Source: a virus
Direction: 5' to 3' (one strand)
Length of the DNA stretch: 44,997 nucleotides
IMG/VR virus record: IMGVR_UViG_3300045988_058486
Span: 1-44,997 of that record
In this document: piece after piece, positions 25,401 to 33,962 of the stretch
How positions within the stretch are numbered: the stretch's first letter is position 1
Layout of the letters: every line of letters starts with the position of its first letter
Position numbers and translations under genes: made by a program
The notes under the pieces: generated by a model
Told to the model about the DNA's origin: nothing
The model's database searches: none
The model's input: the letters and a program-made list of their open reading frames with translations, nothing else

Positions 25401-26545
25401 TAATAACGCAACTGTGACTTCTCAGCCTGCGTCATACTGGACACACTCTTGTCAATTCCCAGATTCAACCGCTCCTGCTCCAGACGGGCAACAGACAGGT
25501 CGTAGCCAAGCCGACGCAGAGGCTCCAATTCACCGGCAATGCCGGACTGCACCTTTTGCATGGCATCTGTAAAGCTGATGTTGTAGAAGGACGCAAGGTC
25601 GTAGCCCAACTGGGTCAGGTTCTTGGACATATAGGCCGCTTTGTCACCGGCCACGCCGAAGCCCGTGATGATGGTGTTGAAAACGCCCTGATTTTCCATC
25701 CATTCGGCAGGGTCAATACCCATAGCCTCGGAGACGGTCTGGGCGTATTCATAGGCTTCCTCTGCGTAATCGCCCATGGCCACGGAGAACAGGTTCAAAA
25801 CCTCCTGATAATCAGAGGCCTTACGGACAGCCCGTCCTAGCAATTGCGTGACTTTCCCGACTATGGCAGACAAGTTAATCTTCTTGAGCGCATTCTCAAG
25901 TGCGTTGGTGCGCTTTGTTGCCTTCTGCGTGGAAGCGCTATACTTCTCCGTAGAGGTTATCAGTTTCTGAATTTTGGACGGGAAAGCGGAAAAGCCGTTG
26001 GAAACCTTCTGCATTTCATCGGCAAACGGCTTCATTGCGTCCGCCAGCTTCGTCATTTGCTTCGTAAACTTTTCCATGTCCACTTTCGCCAGCGATTCAG
26101 TGACCTCCGGGATTTTCTGCAACTGCGTGATAAAGGGGCCAATCTTCTGTTTCCCAAGCTCCGAAAGAGGGCGAAGGCCGTCGGCCAGAGACTGCAATTT
26201 CCCACCGGGAATTTCCGGCAGCTGATTGATGGTATCTTTCAGCCGTGCGATCTGGTTCCCAATAGCCGGGGAAATCTTCATCCCGTCCGTTACCGTTTTC
26301 AGAGATTCCAAGGAATCGCTGATTCCCTTGATTTTTGCCTGAAAAGTGCCGGTATTCAGGTCAGACAGGGCCTTTTTAATCCGGCTCAGGCCGCTTGCAA
26401 TTCTGGACAGGCCTGTGGTAGCGCCGCCAACCTTATTTTCCAGGGTTTCAAGATTTCTGGACAGTTTTTCGATCCCGTCCGCCGCCTCATCACTGTCGTT
26501 GATGATCTGGAACTCGATTCCCTGCATTTCAACGTTGTCAGCCAT
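22475..26545 (-). CDS. Tail tape measure protein (about 1356 aa)
   Basis: Size, helical repeats, a central Gly/Ala-rich TM-like region (AGAASAAMYVALGPAGLAVAAATALAGAIAG), and position. Confidence 0.9.
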   Translation of the reverse strand: MADNVEMQGIEFQIINDSDEAADGIEKLSRNLETLENKVGGATTGLSRIASGLSRIKKALSDLNTGTFQAKIKGISDSLESLKTVTDGMKISPAIGNQIARLKDTINQLPEIPGGKLQSLADGLRPLSELGKQKIGPFITQLQKIPEVTESLAKVDMEKFTKQMTKLADAMKPFADEMQKVSNGFSAFPSKIQKLITSTEKYSASTQKATKRTNALENALKKINLSAIVGKVTQLLGRAVRKASDYQEVLNLFSVAMGDYAEEAYEYAQTVSEAMGIDPAEWMENQGVFNTIITGFGVAGDKAAYMSKNLTQLGYDLASFYNISFTDAMQKVQSGIAGELEPLRRLGYDLSVARLEQERLNLGIDKSVSSMTQAEKSQLRYYAMLTQVTKVQGDMARTIDQPANMLRVLKAELEQASRAIGNLFIPILTKALPWLIAIAKAIREIVAEIARLFNIEIGEVDWSSGFSTAAGATGEIDDNMENAAGAAKDLKRYLAGFDELNVLPEKNDSGSGSVSAGGGGLDIPLPGYDFLGDEVNKRVDKIYAGLKKIITPIKKILGFLQKYKDIVKAAAGVAALAIIYTKVNKIITTLKAANLFSGLKGTIDTFVTGFQLIKVTGGNTLQSIVGGIDNIRMGLSGLQKGAITAVAGFAEFSVIKSSVEDLALGCDNAGSKIVQIGVAAGAASAAMYVALGPAGLAVAAATALAGAIAGVVSAQDKMLDNMVNDAFYSGAGAKISDITDQFVNLMETITESNQPFIENKKTMDDMTVSIDKTTTSLSQIAHAIEIGAATAEEKIPEIKSLISQLADDTKTKMDTAYDTITLALGDSFGDALEKAGYAVPQIMELIRQIKGDTVDTLDSLQKELDEIDQQLIDGAITSDEYTNRFKEITKQMLEVSGATTDTAGIFDDLRTTMRDIDWEDEGKKDDFFTQIASSAKEAKDSVNESANALIQAFETMRDNPLMSESGKLLLDSVIKITDSERQTKLEEINAQVNTLFDDVQRDILEKTQNVNDEAAKEWEKMNFLEKAFNGGTLSEYRNKALTKYEKNIVEPISKNIQESMEALGIDGGAWATEAMDQVITGLYGTDATDVSIIQVSKYVEEDVGSAVQHALENLGKDQKGTAKDSGKQIISGLGAGITDNLKIGTEAARKAILSMDTAVREAAKIHSPSKLFAEDGKYMMEGIAEGFKNKTAYVSKIVTDSVTSLFDNSTGYSTGYSFGQSLANGISQAIKNATYPSLKGTMSTSGGTARMSFSAYASGGFPDPGQFFLARENGVPEMVGSIGRRTAVANNDQIVEAVKAGVYEAVVAATGGENNQNGGQAQVVSANVNGKNLFEFVVDYARGETVRTGANPLLEF

Positions 26546-26891
26546 TTTTTCCACCGCCCTTCTTTTCAAAACGCCTGTTGAAGGAGACCATAAAAATCTC
26601 CATCATTGTCTGTGCTTTTTTGTCCGATTTCCGCTCTGCCTGCTCAATGGCTTTCGGCTTTTCTTCCTCCGGCTTTTTATAGAGCGGGTACGGGGCATCC
26701 CGGTACGGAATCGGTTTTGTTCCCTTTTTCACAAAATCGTGGAGGACCGGGGACGCATTCAGAATCGCTTCGTAAACGTAAGCACCCATGAGCCAGAGTC
26801 CCTGATTCTTGGCCTCCTGATTCAATTTCCATGCTTGCCGGTAATACTTGACCAAATCAACATCCTGCTCCCAGAACTGTTCATAGGTCAT
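26538..26891 (-). CDS. Tail-assembly-region protein (117 aa)
   Basis: Position between the chaperone and the TMP. Overlaps the TMP start by 8 nt. Confidence 0.45.
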   Translation of the reverse strand: MTYEQFWEQDVDLVKYYRQAWKLNQEAKNQGLWLMGAYVYEAILNASPVLHDFVKKGTKPIPYRDAPYPLYKKPEEEKPKAIEQAERKSDKKAQTMMEIFMVSFNRRFEKKGGGKNG

Positions 26892-26946
26892 GCCGATTGC
26901 AAGATAATAAGGGAACGCCTTTTCAAAGGCCTTTGTGTAAGCGAAA

Positions 26947-26974
26947 GAGGGGACGGGGCAATCCCCGCCCCCTC
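26947..26974. other. GC-rich 12-bp hairpin in the 107-nt gap between the two chaperone-position genes
   Basis: GAGGGGACGGGG-caat-CCCCGCCCCCTC (one mismatch). Confidence 0.5.
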
Positions 26975-26998
26975 CGTTGCTTTCGGGAAATAACTCGC

Positions 26999-27334
26999 TT
27001 ACTCCGTCACTTCCCAGCCGGGGTTTCCCTCATCGGCCGCTTCCTCTTCGTCGTCAAAGAGGGTGTTGTATGTGTCCACATACATTTCCATAAGGGTTCG
27101 GACCAGTTCCTTCCGGTTTTTCAGGCTGTCGTAGATTTTCTCTCTGGTTGCACCCTTTACGGCAGGGTGGTTCGCTTCAAAAGCGCCGTTAAAGAGGGCC
27201 GTAACCATCGTCATGGGCATTTCATCAATGTCCATGATTCGGAACCCCTGTCCCTCCATGCGCTTCGCAACAGTGCGGGTGAATTCCAGCACATAACGTT
27301 TCCCGTTATACGGGATTGCAATTTTCTTAGCCAT
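26999..27334 (-). CDS. Tail assembly chaperone (gpG position)
   Basis: 111 aa with an acidic C-terminus DDEEEAADEG, directly downstream of the major tail gene. Confidence 0.55.
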   Translation of the reverse strand: MAKKIAIPYNGKRYVLEFTRTVAKRMEGQGFRIMDIDEMPMTMVTALFNGAFEANHPAVKGATREKIYDSLKNRKELVRTLMEMYVDTYNTLFDDEEEAADEGNPGWEVTE

Positions 27335-27371
27335 CGCTAAAACCTCCTAAATTCGGCCTTTCGCCGTGTGT

Positions 27372-27776
27372 TTACTCCGTAGTATCCAATGTGATGGGTG
27401 TGGAAGGGGCAATGGAAATGTTCAGGTCAACGACCTCATTCACACCGCCGCCGGTGGGATAGGCGGTCAGCTGCCCGTCGAACTTGAACTTGCCGTCAGA
27501 ACCGGTGGGGGTCAGAGTGTCCGCCTCGCCGGTGCCGCCGAACCAGACCGCAAAACTGGTCGTCTTGCCTTCCAAGGCCAGCAGCTTCTTGTAGTCCGCC
27601 AGGGTGTAGTTTGCCGTAAAGGAAAGCGCATCCAGGGACTGGATACCGGCGATGTAGGTCTGCATCTTGTCGGACAGGGTGGTTGTCTCAAGCATCTCAG
27701 GGTCGCCGCCCAGGTCGGGGAACTCCTTGATGTCGATGAGCTTTTCATACTCGGTGCCTACGTCCTTCTTCTTCAT
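27372..27776 (-). CDS. Major tail (tube) protein
   Basis: IKEFPDLGGDPEMLETTTLSDKMQTYIAGI...FTANY motif typical of siphovirus tube proteins, plus position. Confidence 0.7.
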   Translation of the reverse strand: MKKKDVGTEYEKLIDIKEFPDLGGDPEMLETTTLSDKMQTYIAGIQSLDALSFTANYTLADYKKLLALEGKTTSFAVWFGGTGEADTLTPTGSDGKFKFDGQLTAYPTGGGVNEVVDLNISIAPSTPITLDTTE

Positions 27777-27823
27777 GAGAAAGACTCGATAAGTAGAGAT
27801 AGCGATAAGTCATCAATCCTTTC

Positions 27824-27862
27824 TTGTAAAATAAAATGGGCCGTTTCTTTGCGAAACAGCCC
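27824..27862 (-). terminator. Intrinsic terminator immediately upstream of the major tail gene
   Basis: Minus strand reads GGGCTGTTTC-gcaaa-GAAACGGCCC followed by ATTTTATTTT. Confidence 0.5.
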
Positions 27863-27902
27863 ATCGGCTTTCATTCCGCCCTTGCGGAATGTTTTGCGTT
27901 AT

Positions 27903-28304
27903 TCAACGTCTAAATGTTGTTTTCCCGTCAGTTTCTGCTCTATACCGTGCATTCAGTCGGTAAATTGTGGCATTTTCCATGTTCGGAACTGGGTTCATGG
28001 AAATTCTGGTGAAATTCTTCCGGTAAAGCATTTCGTCAATGCAGCGAAGGATTTCCCGACAGGTAGATTTCTTTGCGCCGGCCTTGTCCGAATAGACGTT
28101 CACTTCGTACAGGATCGTCGCATACCGTTCCCGGTCGCTGCTGTCCAACCGGCTGACCGTCGTGTAATTGTCCTGTTCGACAATACTCACATACGGGAAC
28201 TTTGGAGGGGCCTTCACATACTCGCCGCTTACGGAAATCCCAGGGAACTTCTCCCGAAGCGCCGCCGCAATGGGGGTATATATCTGATTCTCAACGTCAA
28301 TCAT
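27903..28304 (-). CDS. Tail completion / terminator-position protein
   Basis: Synteny; ATGA overlap with the upstream gene. Confidence 0.45.
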   Translation of the reverse strand: MIDVENQIYTPIAAALREKFPGISVSGEYVKAPPKFPYVSIVEQDNYTTVSRLDSSDRERYATILYEVNVYSDKAGAKKSTCREILRCIDEMLYRKNFTRISMNPVPNMENATIYRLNARYRAETDGKTTFRR

Positions 28305-28795
28305 CTAAATACCTCCTTGACAATTCTCGGCAGCTCCTGTTCAATGGCTTTTCTGGCTTCATACATGGGCATGGCCGGTGGATTACCGAAGGTATGACCG
28401 CCACCGGCACTTTTGGGGAGATACCATCCTTTTGGGTCATCCCAATGGCCTTTCCCGTCAGGATATGTACCAGGTCCCATGCCGAACTCCCCTGCCTCCG
28501 GGTGGCCATAGCCGTATGTCACGCCGGACCCAAACTCAATGAACAGAACGGATTCACCATCCGCCTTCACCTTGTAACCGTTCGGCAGTTCCTCTACGGT
28601 TACGTCTACGTCCTTTGGCCCGGTGTAGACGGCTCTGGAAAATCGAATAGAAGCCACCGTTGCGCCAAGAGCGGCCAGGCGCTCCGCCAATTCCCGTGCC
28701 TTTTCCTCCTGCCATTTCCGGTAAACCATCAATTCATCCTGAATCTTCTGGATGCCGGATTCGGACAGCGGAACGACGATTTTCTTTCGGCTCAC
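28301..28795 (-). CDS. Head-tail joining region protein
   Basis: Synteny; GTGA overlap with the upstream gene. Confidence 0.45.
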   Translation of the reverse strand: MSRKKIVVPLSESGIQKIQDELMVYRKWQEEKARELAERLAALGATVASIRFSRAVYTGPKDVDVTVEELPNGYKVKADGESVLFIEFGSGVTYGYGHPEAGEFGMGPGTYPDGKGHWDDPKGWYLPKSAGGGHTFGNPPAMPMYEARKAIEQELPRIVKEVFR

Positions 28796-29169
28796 GACAC
28801 GCTCACCTTCGTTACGGCATAGGCAATGATGTTCAGGGACTTTGCCACCCGTTTGACGATATAATCGTACAGGGGCTTTCCGTCCGCTTCCCGGTATTCC
28901 GGCTCTTTGTCCACGAACAGAACGGTATTCTCGTCAATTGGGCAGGACATATCGTCCGTTACGATGACCTTATCATACCCGGCGAGGTTGCCGAACTGCT
29001 CTACCTGAGAGGACCCGGATGCGGGGGAAACATTCGCCCTGAGCGCTACAGCAGGCTTATAAACGATGATTTCTTCACCCGTCTCATTGCCTTTTGCGTC
29101 TACCGCAGGGGCCTTGCGGTCGTACAGCAGATACCAGAGAGGCCGCTTGTTGCGTTCCATGATTTTCAT
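28792..29169 (-). CDS. Head closure / head-tail adaptor-position protein
   Basis: Synteny; ATGA overlap with the upstream gene. Confidence 0.45.
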   Translation of the reverse strand: MKIMERNKRPLWYLLYDRKAPAVDAKGNETGEEIIVYKPAVALRANVSPASGSSQVEQFGNLAGYDKVIVTDDMSCPIDENTVLFVDKEPEYREADGKPLYDYIVKRVAKSLNIIAYAVTKVSVS

Positions 29170-29489
29170 GTTGTTGCCTCAAACACACCGACCATCGGCA
29201 CAATCCCCCGAAGCATAGAGGCTGGAACATCTCCGTTCTCATATGTCCGGGAAACGCCATTCTCGGAGTGGGCGGATTCCCCTTCCGCTCCCCGCTTGTT
29301 CAGCAGGTACACAGCGATTTCGACCTGTGTCATGGCGTACTGGTCCGGGACAATGTTCTGCGTCGGGTCAAACGGATATGCCTTGCGGCAGATTTTGTGA
29401 CCGGCCAAAGCAAGGTAGGCGGAGACCACGGCGGTATCCGATTCACCCGCCATAGCTTTCACCATGGAGATTTTTTCTTCTTCCGGCAT
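29166..29489 (-). CDS. Head-tail connector (gp6-like) protein
   Basis: 107 aa immediately after the capsid gene; the AYLALAGHKI...VEIAVYLLNKRGAEG pattern. Confidence 0.6.
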   Translation of the reverse strand: MPEEEKISMVKAMAGESDTAVVSAYLALAGHKICRKAYPFDPTQNIVPDQYAMTQVEIAVYLLNKRGAEGESAHSENGVSRTYENGDVPASMLRGIVPMVGVFEATT

Positions 29490-29509
29490 GATTTCCGCCT
29501 CCTTTCAAT

Positions 29510-30529
29510 TTAGCCGGTTACGGCCTTGGTATTCACGGGGTTCTTTGCGTCGTTGGCAATGTAGACGCTCCGGCTGTATGTGGGAGCCGTGAAGGTCTGG
29601 GCAATGCCGGTGAACTTGGCATGATACCATTCGGGGCCGTGGTCCAGGCCAATCTGGCCGAACAGCTGGTACTGCTCACCTGCGCCGGTCTTGGCCAGCT
29701 GCTCCAGGAAGAAGTTGCCCTTTCCAGGAACCGGCTGATACACCGGGGAGATAACGTCCAGGTTCAGCAGCAGAGCCGTACCCTTGGGCAGGAACTCGCC
29801 CAGATACAGGTAGACAACGCCCAGAGGGGTCACAACGCTGGACAGTTTGATGCCGTTGATCTCACGGGCAGCAGGGATAACGGTCAGACCGTTCTGCACA
29901 GCGTCGGCGTTGATCTGGAACATGGTGGTAGCATCGCACCACAGAACAAGGCCGTCCTGCGGAGCGTTTGCCTCATAGACCTTCTTCACGCCGTCAGCAA
30001 TGTTCCACAGGCCGAGAGGCTTGCTGGCCATAGCGATGACGTTGCTTTCGATGGCCTCGGTCAGGCCACGGGTCTTGTTGACGGTGGCATCGGTGGTGGC
30101 CTTGTTGTAGGTGCCCTGCACAAAGGTAAACTCAATGTCCCGGTTCACCTTCTGCATCTTTGCCGCCACCTGGAAATCCAGTTCGTTCATGGGGTTTTCC
30201 TGCTGGTTGGCGATGTTGATACCGCTCAGGGTGCCCATGTTGGACTGTTTGGCATAGGACACGCCAACAGATTCATGGAAAATCTGGGTGACGTTGGTCT
30301 TCTGGGTCCGGGTGACAACGGTCGCCTCAGGGGCCGTCAAAGATGCGGTTTCGGAAATGGCGGGCTGTTCGCCGCCTGCGGTGGTGTACTCCTGACCGGT
30401 CACAAACTCAACGTGATTGGTCGTCTTTGCTCTGCCGCCGATGATGGAACTCAGCGGGCAGCGGGTGTTGCCCTTGTTGAACAACATCCCGGAGTAGTTC
30501 AGTACGCCGAAACTGGTTGCAATTGCCAT
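29510..30529 (-). CDS. Major capsid protein
   Basis: 339 aa, follows the scaffold gene, strong SD. The sequence pattern resembles the SU10/DUF5309-type capsid family. Confidence 0.85.
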   Translation of the reverse strand: MAIATSFGVLNYSGMLFNKGNTRCPLSSIIGGRAKTTNHVEFVTGQEYTTAGGEQPAISETASLTAPEATVVTRTQKTNVTQIFHESVGVSYAKQSNMGTLSGINIANQQENPMNELDFQVAAKMQKVNRDIEFTFVQGTYNKATTDATVNKTRGLTEAIESNVIAMASKPLGLWNIADGVKKVYEANAPQDGLVLWCDATTMFQINADAVQNGLTVIPAAREINGIKLSSVVTPLGVVYLYLGEFLPKGTALLLNLDVISPVYQPVPGKGNFFLEQLAKTGAGEQYQLFGQIGLDHGPEWYHAKFTGIAQTFTAPTYSRSVYIANDAKNPVNTKAVTG

Positions 30530-30546
30530 AGGTTTATCAGTCTCCT

Positions 30547-31125
30547 TTACTTGTTATTGGATGCTTCTGCCTCTGCCTGGAGGCGGGTGTAATACGCAGC
30601 GGCAGCATAATCGCCGCTACCCTGGGCCTCTGTGATTTTCTTGGAGTAATCCATACCGACACCGCCGGTCCCGCCGTCTGCGCCTCTGGGGGTCCCCTTC
30701 AACTTCTCGGCGACAACACGCTTGGCGTAGTCCGTCAAAAACTTCTGGTTGTTGGTGAAAACCGTGGTCATATCGCCGGATTCCATGGCCGCAGCGGTTT
30801 CATTCGCAAGGGCTTCATCATAGCCCTGGGCCACCAGCTTTGCCTTGTACTCTGAAACGGTCTTCTCCTTGCGAAGCCCAGCCAGCTCCTTTTCCATGGA
30901 TTCCAGCTTGTCAGCCTGCTCCTGCTGCTTGCGCTGCTCGTCGGTGAGAAGGGCGTTGTGCTTCCGCTTCCACTCTGCGGCATCGGAATTTGCCTTGGAC
31001 ACCGCAGCCTTCTGCTTTTCCAGTTCGGCTGCGTGATCCTCGTACTCGAAGCCCTCCAAAGCGGCCAGCTTCTGCTCAGGGGTCATTTCTGCGTAACCTT
31101 CAATTTTGGACGTGTCGATTTTCAT
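30547..31125 (-). CDS. Scaffolding protein
   Basis: Highly charged coiled-coil protein (EKQKAAV...EQRKQQEQADKLESMEKELAGLRKEK) directly upstream of the capsid gene. Confidence 0.8.
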   Translation of the reverse strand: MKIDTSKIEGYAEMTPEQKLAALEGFEYEDHAAELEKQKAAVSKANSDAAEWKRKHNALLTDEQRKQQEQADKLESMEKELAGLRKEKTVSEYKAKLVAQGYDEALANETAAAMESGDMTTVFTNNQKFLTDYAKRVVAEKLKGTPRGADGGTGGVGMDYSKKITEAQGSGDYAAAAYYTRLQAEAEASNNK

Positions 31126-31231
31126 GTTTTCTCCTCCTGCGTTTGGTCAGGCGGTTCCCTCCGCCATGTTTTCCGTTTTTATGGGTTGTCTCCCGTTTGC
31201 GTTTTTGATATGGCAGCTTCCCTGCTGCCGT

Positions 31232-31882
31232 TTATGCGGTAATCGCCAGCTTTGAGTTGGTTTTACCGATAAATTCTTTGATTTGCGTATATTCCCACCC
31301 GCAATCAACAAGTCCGCTCACAAGCCGCTCCATGGACTGTACGGCGGCAAGTTCTTCCGGCGTGAATGCGTCCCGTAGATTGTCAGTTGATGCAATCCCG
31401 TAATCCCGGCGAAGTTGCGCTGCATCTTTGCCAAACAATGTCTTATAGATGCAGTTCGTATAATTGGAATACGCATGGCCGTGCATCCGGTCATCCTCTT
31501 TGGACTGCTGTAGAGCCTTAGTCAATGCTTGACGTACAGCAATTCCTTTTTCACGCTCAATCAGCTTGCCTTGCAAGGCGGCTTCCATGGCGTTGAACTG
31601 CTTGATGTACGCTTCCTTGAACTTCATAGCGAGTTCTCCGGTGTACCCCATGACCAGAAGAGTAAAACCGTCTCTGGTCATTATGAACATAGGTTGCTTG
31701 TGGCCTTGCGAATTCTCATAGCTTGACTGTCCAAAATTGGACAGCCGGAATTCCTCACTGCATCCGAGTTCACGAATGTCCCTGAGAACGTGTTGATGCA
31801 GCTTTCCGAAGGTATCCGCCACATCAAGACTTGTAACTGTTGGCCGTTCCTGCTTCCCGATCTTTGCGATTTCTACGAACAT
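31232..31882 (-). CDS. Rha-family phage regulatory protein
   Basis: VTSLDVADTFGKLHQHVLRDIRELG...FIMTRDGFTLLVMGYTGELAMKFKEAYIKQFNAME. ATG at 31882 lies 9 nt after GAAAGGA. Confidence 0.8.
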   Translation of the reverse strand: MFVEIAKIGKQERPTVTSLDVADTFGKLHQHVLRDIRELGCSEEFRLSNFGQSSYENSQGHKQPMFIMTRDGFTLLVMGYTGELAMKFKEAYIKQFNAMEAALQGKLIEREKGIAVRQALTKALQQSKEDDRMHGHAYSNYTNCIYKTLFGKDAAQLRRDYGIASTDNLRDAFTPEELAAVQSMERLVSGLVDCGWEYTQIKEFIGKTNSKLAITA

Positions 31883-31945
31883 TGTTATCAATCCTTTCTG
31901 TTGATTAAAATGTTTTGGATTTCAGCAGCATCCCTGCTGCCGTTA

Positions 31946-32021
31946 TGGCGGGCGGAGCAGGATTCGAACCTGCGACGTCGTGATTAACAGTCACGCGCTC
32001 TACCAGCTGAGCTATCTACCC
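31946..32021 (-). tRNA. tRNA-Asn (anticodon GTT), 76 nt with encoded CCA
   Basis: Hand-folded cloverleaf: D arm GCTC/GAGC; anticodon arm CGTGA-CTGTTAA-TCACG; T arm GCAGG-TTCGAAT-CCTGC. The acceptor stem has one A-C mismatch. Confidence 0.85.
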
Positions 32022-32103
32022 ATTGGCCCCGGTCCGCTGTTGAGCAGTAGCGAAAAAACAAGCAGCGTGCCGACACATGGTGCTCTCTGTCCGGGTTTTT
32101 GAT

Positions 32104-32179
32104 TGGAGCCGCTGGACGGGGTCGAACCGCCACCCTGCTGGTTACAAATCAGCTGCACCACCTGTTGTGCTACAACGGC
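32104..32179 (-). tRNA. tRNA-Thr (anticodon TGT), 76 nt with encoded CCA
   Basis: Hand-folded cloverleaf: acceptor GCCGTTG/CAGCGGC; D arm GCAC/GTGC; anticodon loop TTTGTAA; T arm GGCGG-TTCGACC-CCGTC. There is a mismatch at 31-39. Confidence 0.8.
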
Positions 32180-32184
32180 GAATA

Positions 32185-32228
32185 AACAAAAAATGGGCTG
32201 CTGATACCATTCCTGGTATCAACAGCCC
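32185..32228 (-). terminator. Intrinsic terminator 5 nt upstream of tRNA-Thr
   Basis: Minus strand reads GGGCTGTTGATACCA-ggaa-TGGTATCAGCAGCCC followed by ATTTTTTGTTTATT. Confidence 0.6.
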
Positions 32229-32259
32229 ATCGGCTCTTAGCTGCCACTTCAGGCAACCG

Positions 32260-32388
32260 TTATCTATTTAAGCATTTTCGGGTAATTGCAATGACCTTGA
32301 TCTCTCCGTGCTCCACGCGCAATTCAACAACCTTCCCCTGCCGGATCGTGTTATTGATAAGCTGAATCTGTTCATCCGTCAGATTCAT
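32260..32388 (-). CDS. Small ORF (42 aa) overlapping the portal gene 3' end
   Basis: Hand translation gives MNLTDEQIQLINNTIRQGKVVELRVEHGEIKVIAITRKCLNR. Confidence 0.35.
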   Translation of the reverse strand: MNLTDEQIQLINNTIRQGKVVELRVEHGEIKVIAITRKCLNR

Positions 32389-33814
32389 GCGGCACGCCGG
32401 ATTGACTTCCTGTTCCACCGGATACACCCCCGTTTTGATTGGCCCGCTGAGCGGCTTCCCGCTCCTGCTGGGCCATATATTCCATACTCATGCGATAAGC
32501 AAGCTGCGGATCGGAAAAGAGGCCGCTGTGCGTGAACGCAAGCTCCGGCGCAATTTTCTCACACCCGAGCATCATGGTCAAAACGCTTGCCTTCTGCGCG
32601 ATGTTCTCATAATTTCGGCGGGTAAACCGGATTTCCAGAGCAGACAGCTTCAGGCTGAGACCGCCCAGGTCCCGGCAGATACGCAGGACCAGCTTCAGGA
32701 ACTCTTTTTCGGACCGCTTGAAAACAAGTTCGCTGTCCTTGGCACGGGCTTCCGCAGCGGACCAGCCGTCCCGCATGATGACCGCAGAACCGGTATCGCT
32801 TGTGGAGGTTCCACCGTTCCGGTTCGGCATCCCGCAGATGGTCAGGACGGCATTATACATACTGTCCACCAGCTTCTGAACCTGCTCCTGGTTCATGTCC
32901 TTGGTGATGAGGTCAACGTCAATGTTTCCGCCCGTGTCATTCGGAGGGACCATGATTGCACCCAGTTCCTTGAACTGATTGAACAGCGGCTCGTCAATAC
33001 GGCATCCAACGAACTTCCAGTAGGCCTGGACGAACTGCTCAATGCCGTCAATCCGGTTGCTTTCCGTCATGTTGATGGCATCCAGCAGCGGAATGACAAT
33101 CTCAAAAGAGCCAAGCCGGGCCTGATTCGCCGGGTATTCGATGATGGGGATTCCGAGAATCTGGTCTTCGCTGCGAACCACAGCCCAGGTATTCCACACC
33201 TCGAAATACCGGTCCTCCGTCCAGCAGGAGAATACAATGGTTCCGTCCTCTTTCTTGACGTATCGAACACCCATCATGGGCTTGTGACCCAGCCCGACAG
33301 AGTAGACCACAAACGCATACCGGGGGTCCAGCGTGAAGATTTCAAACGGGGCTTCATCCGCTTCTATGTCTGCGAGTGCATCCGGCAGGACCATTCTGTA
33401 TGCTGTACCGCAGATATTCCCCCAATCGACAAGCTCCTTGTCCTTTGCGGGCTTATCCTCCGACAGCATATAATCGTTCAGGGTCAGAACCTCGGAAGAA
33501 ATGCGCTCATCCCCGCCTCGGCTCACATACTGGACGGGTTCGCCAACCTGGTAGCCTGTTTTGAAGGAGACGATTTCGTTCGCCCGGTTCTCCACGACCA
33601 TGTTATTGATTTCCGGTCGAATGTCCTTTTCCCGGTATAGGATAGGTTGATCTCCACGGTAGTAGCGATAGAGGTAGTCAATCTCGGCCTGGTTGGCAAT
33701 CTGCACGTCCTGGGCCTTCCGCAGAACGTCAACGATGTTTCCCTCATTGATTTCGGGAACCTCGGTATAAATGACCTTCCGCCCAAACAGTTTTCTGCTT
33801 CCCGTATCGTACAC
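32372..33814 (-). CDS. Portal protein (SPP1 gp6-like)
   Basis: 480 aa; IDYLYRYYRGDQPI motif; sits downstream of TerL. GTG start. Confidence 0.9.
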   Translation of the reverse strand: MYDTGSRKLFGRKVIYTEVPEINEGNIVDVLRKAQDVQIANQAEIDYLYRYYRGDQPILYREKDIRPEINNMVVENRANEIVSFKTGYQVGEPVQYVSRGGDERISSEVLTLNDYMLSEDKPAKDKELVDWGNICGTAYRMVLPDALADIEADEAPFEIFTLDPRYAFVVYSVGLGHKPMMGVRYVKKEDGTIVFSCWTEDRYFEVWNTWAVVRSEDQILGIPIIEYPANQARLGSFEIVIPLLDAINMTESNRIDGIEQFVQAYWKFVGCRIDEPLFNQFKELGAIMVPPNDTGGNIDVDLITKDMNQEQVQKLVDSMYNAVLTICGMPNRNGGTSTSDTGSAVIMRDGWSAAEARAKDSELVFKRSEKEFLKLVLRICRDLGGLSLKLSALEIRFTRRNYENIAQKASVLTMMLGCEKIAPELAFTHSGLFSDPQLAYRMSMEYMAQQEREAAQRANQNGGVSGGTGSQSGVPHESDG

Positions 33815-33962
33815 CCCCCTATAGCTATTATTTCACGCATATAATTATACAAGTTTCATTTGGTTTGTCAAGTACTTTTATGCTATATAACCATTCGCAA
33901 CAAAATGGTTAAAACGGTCTGCTGAAAACCTCCACAACCGCCCCGTTTAGGCTTTTGGCGAA

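Noticed and set aside
26538-27334. Classical -1 G/GT tail-chaperone frameshift
   Set aside because: The two ORFs are separated by 107 nt containing in-frame stops, and I saw no slippery heptamer near the end of 26999-27334. This cannot be fully excluded without a computational scan.
31946-32179. The tRNA pair as the phage attachment site (attP overlapping a tRNA 3' end)
   Set aside because: Both tRNAs are full length with their own acceptor stems. The integrase is a serine recombinase located 19 kb away, and serine integrases do not characteristically target tRNA genes. No partial tRNA duplication was seen.
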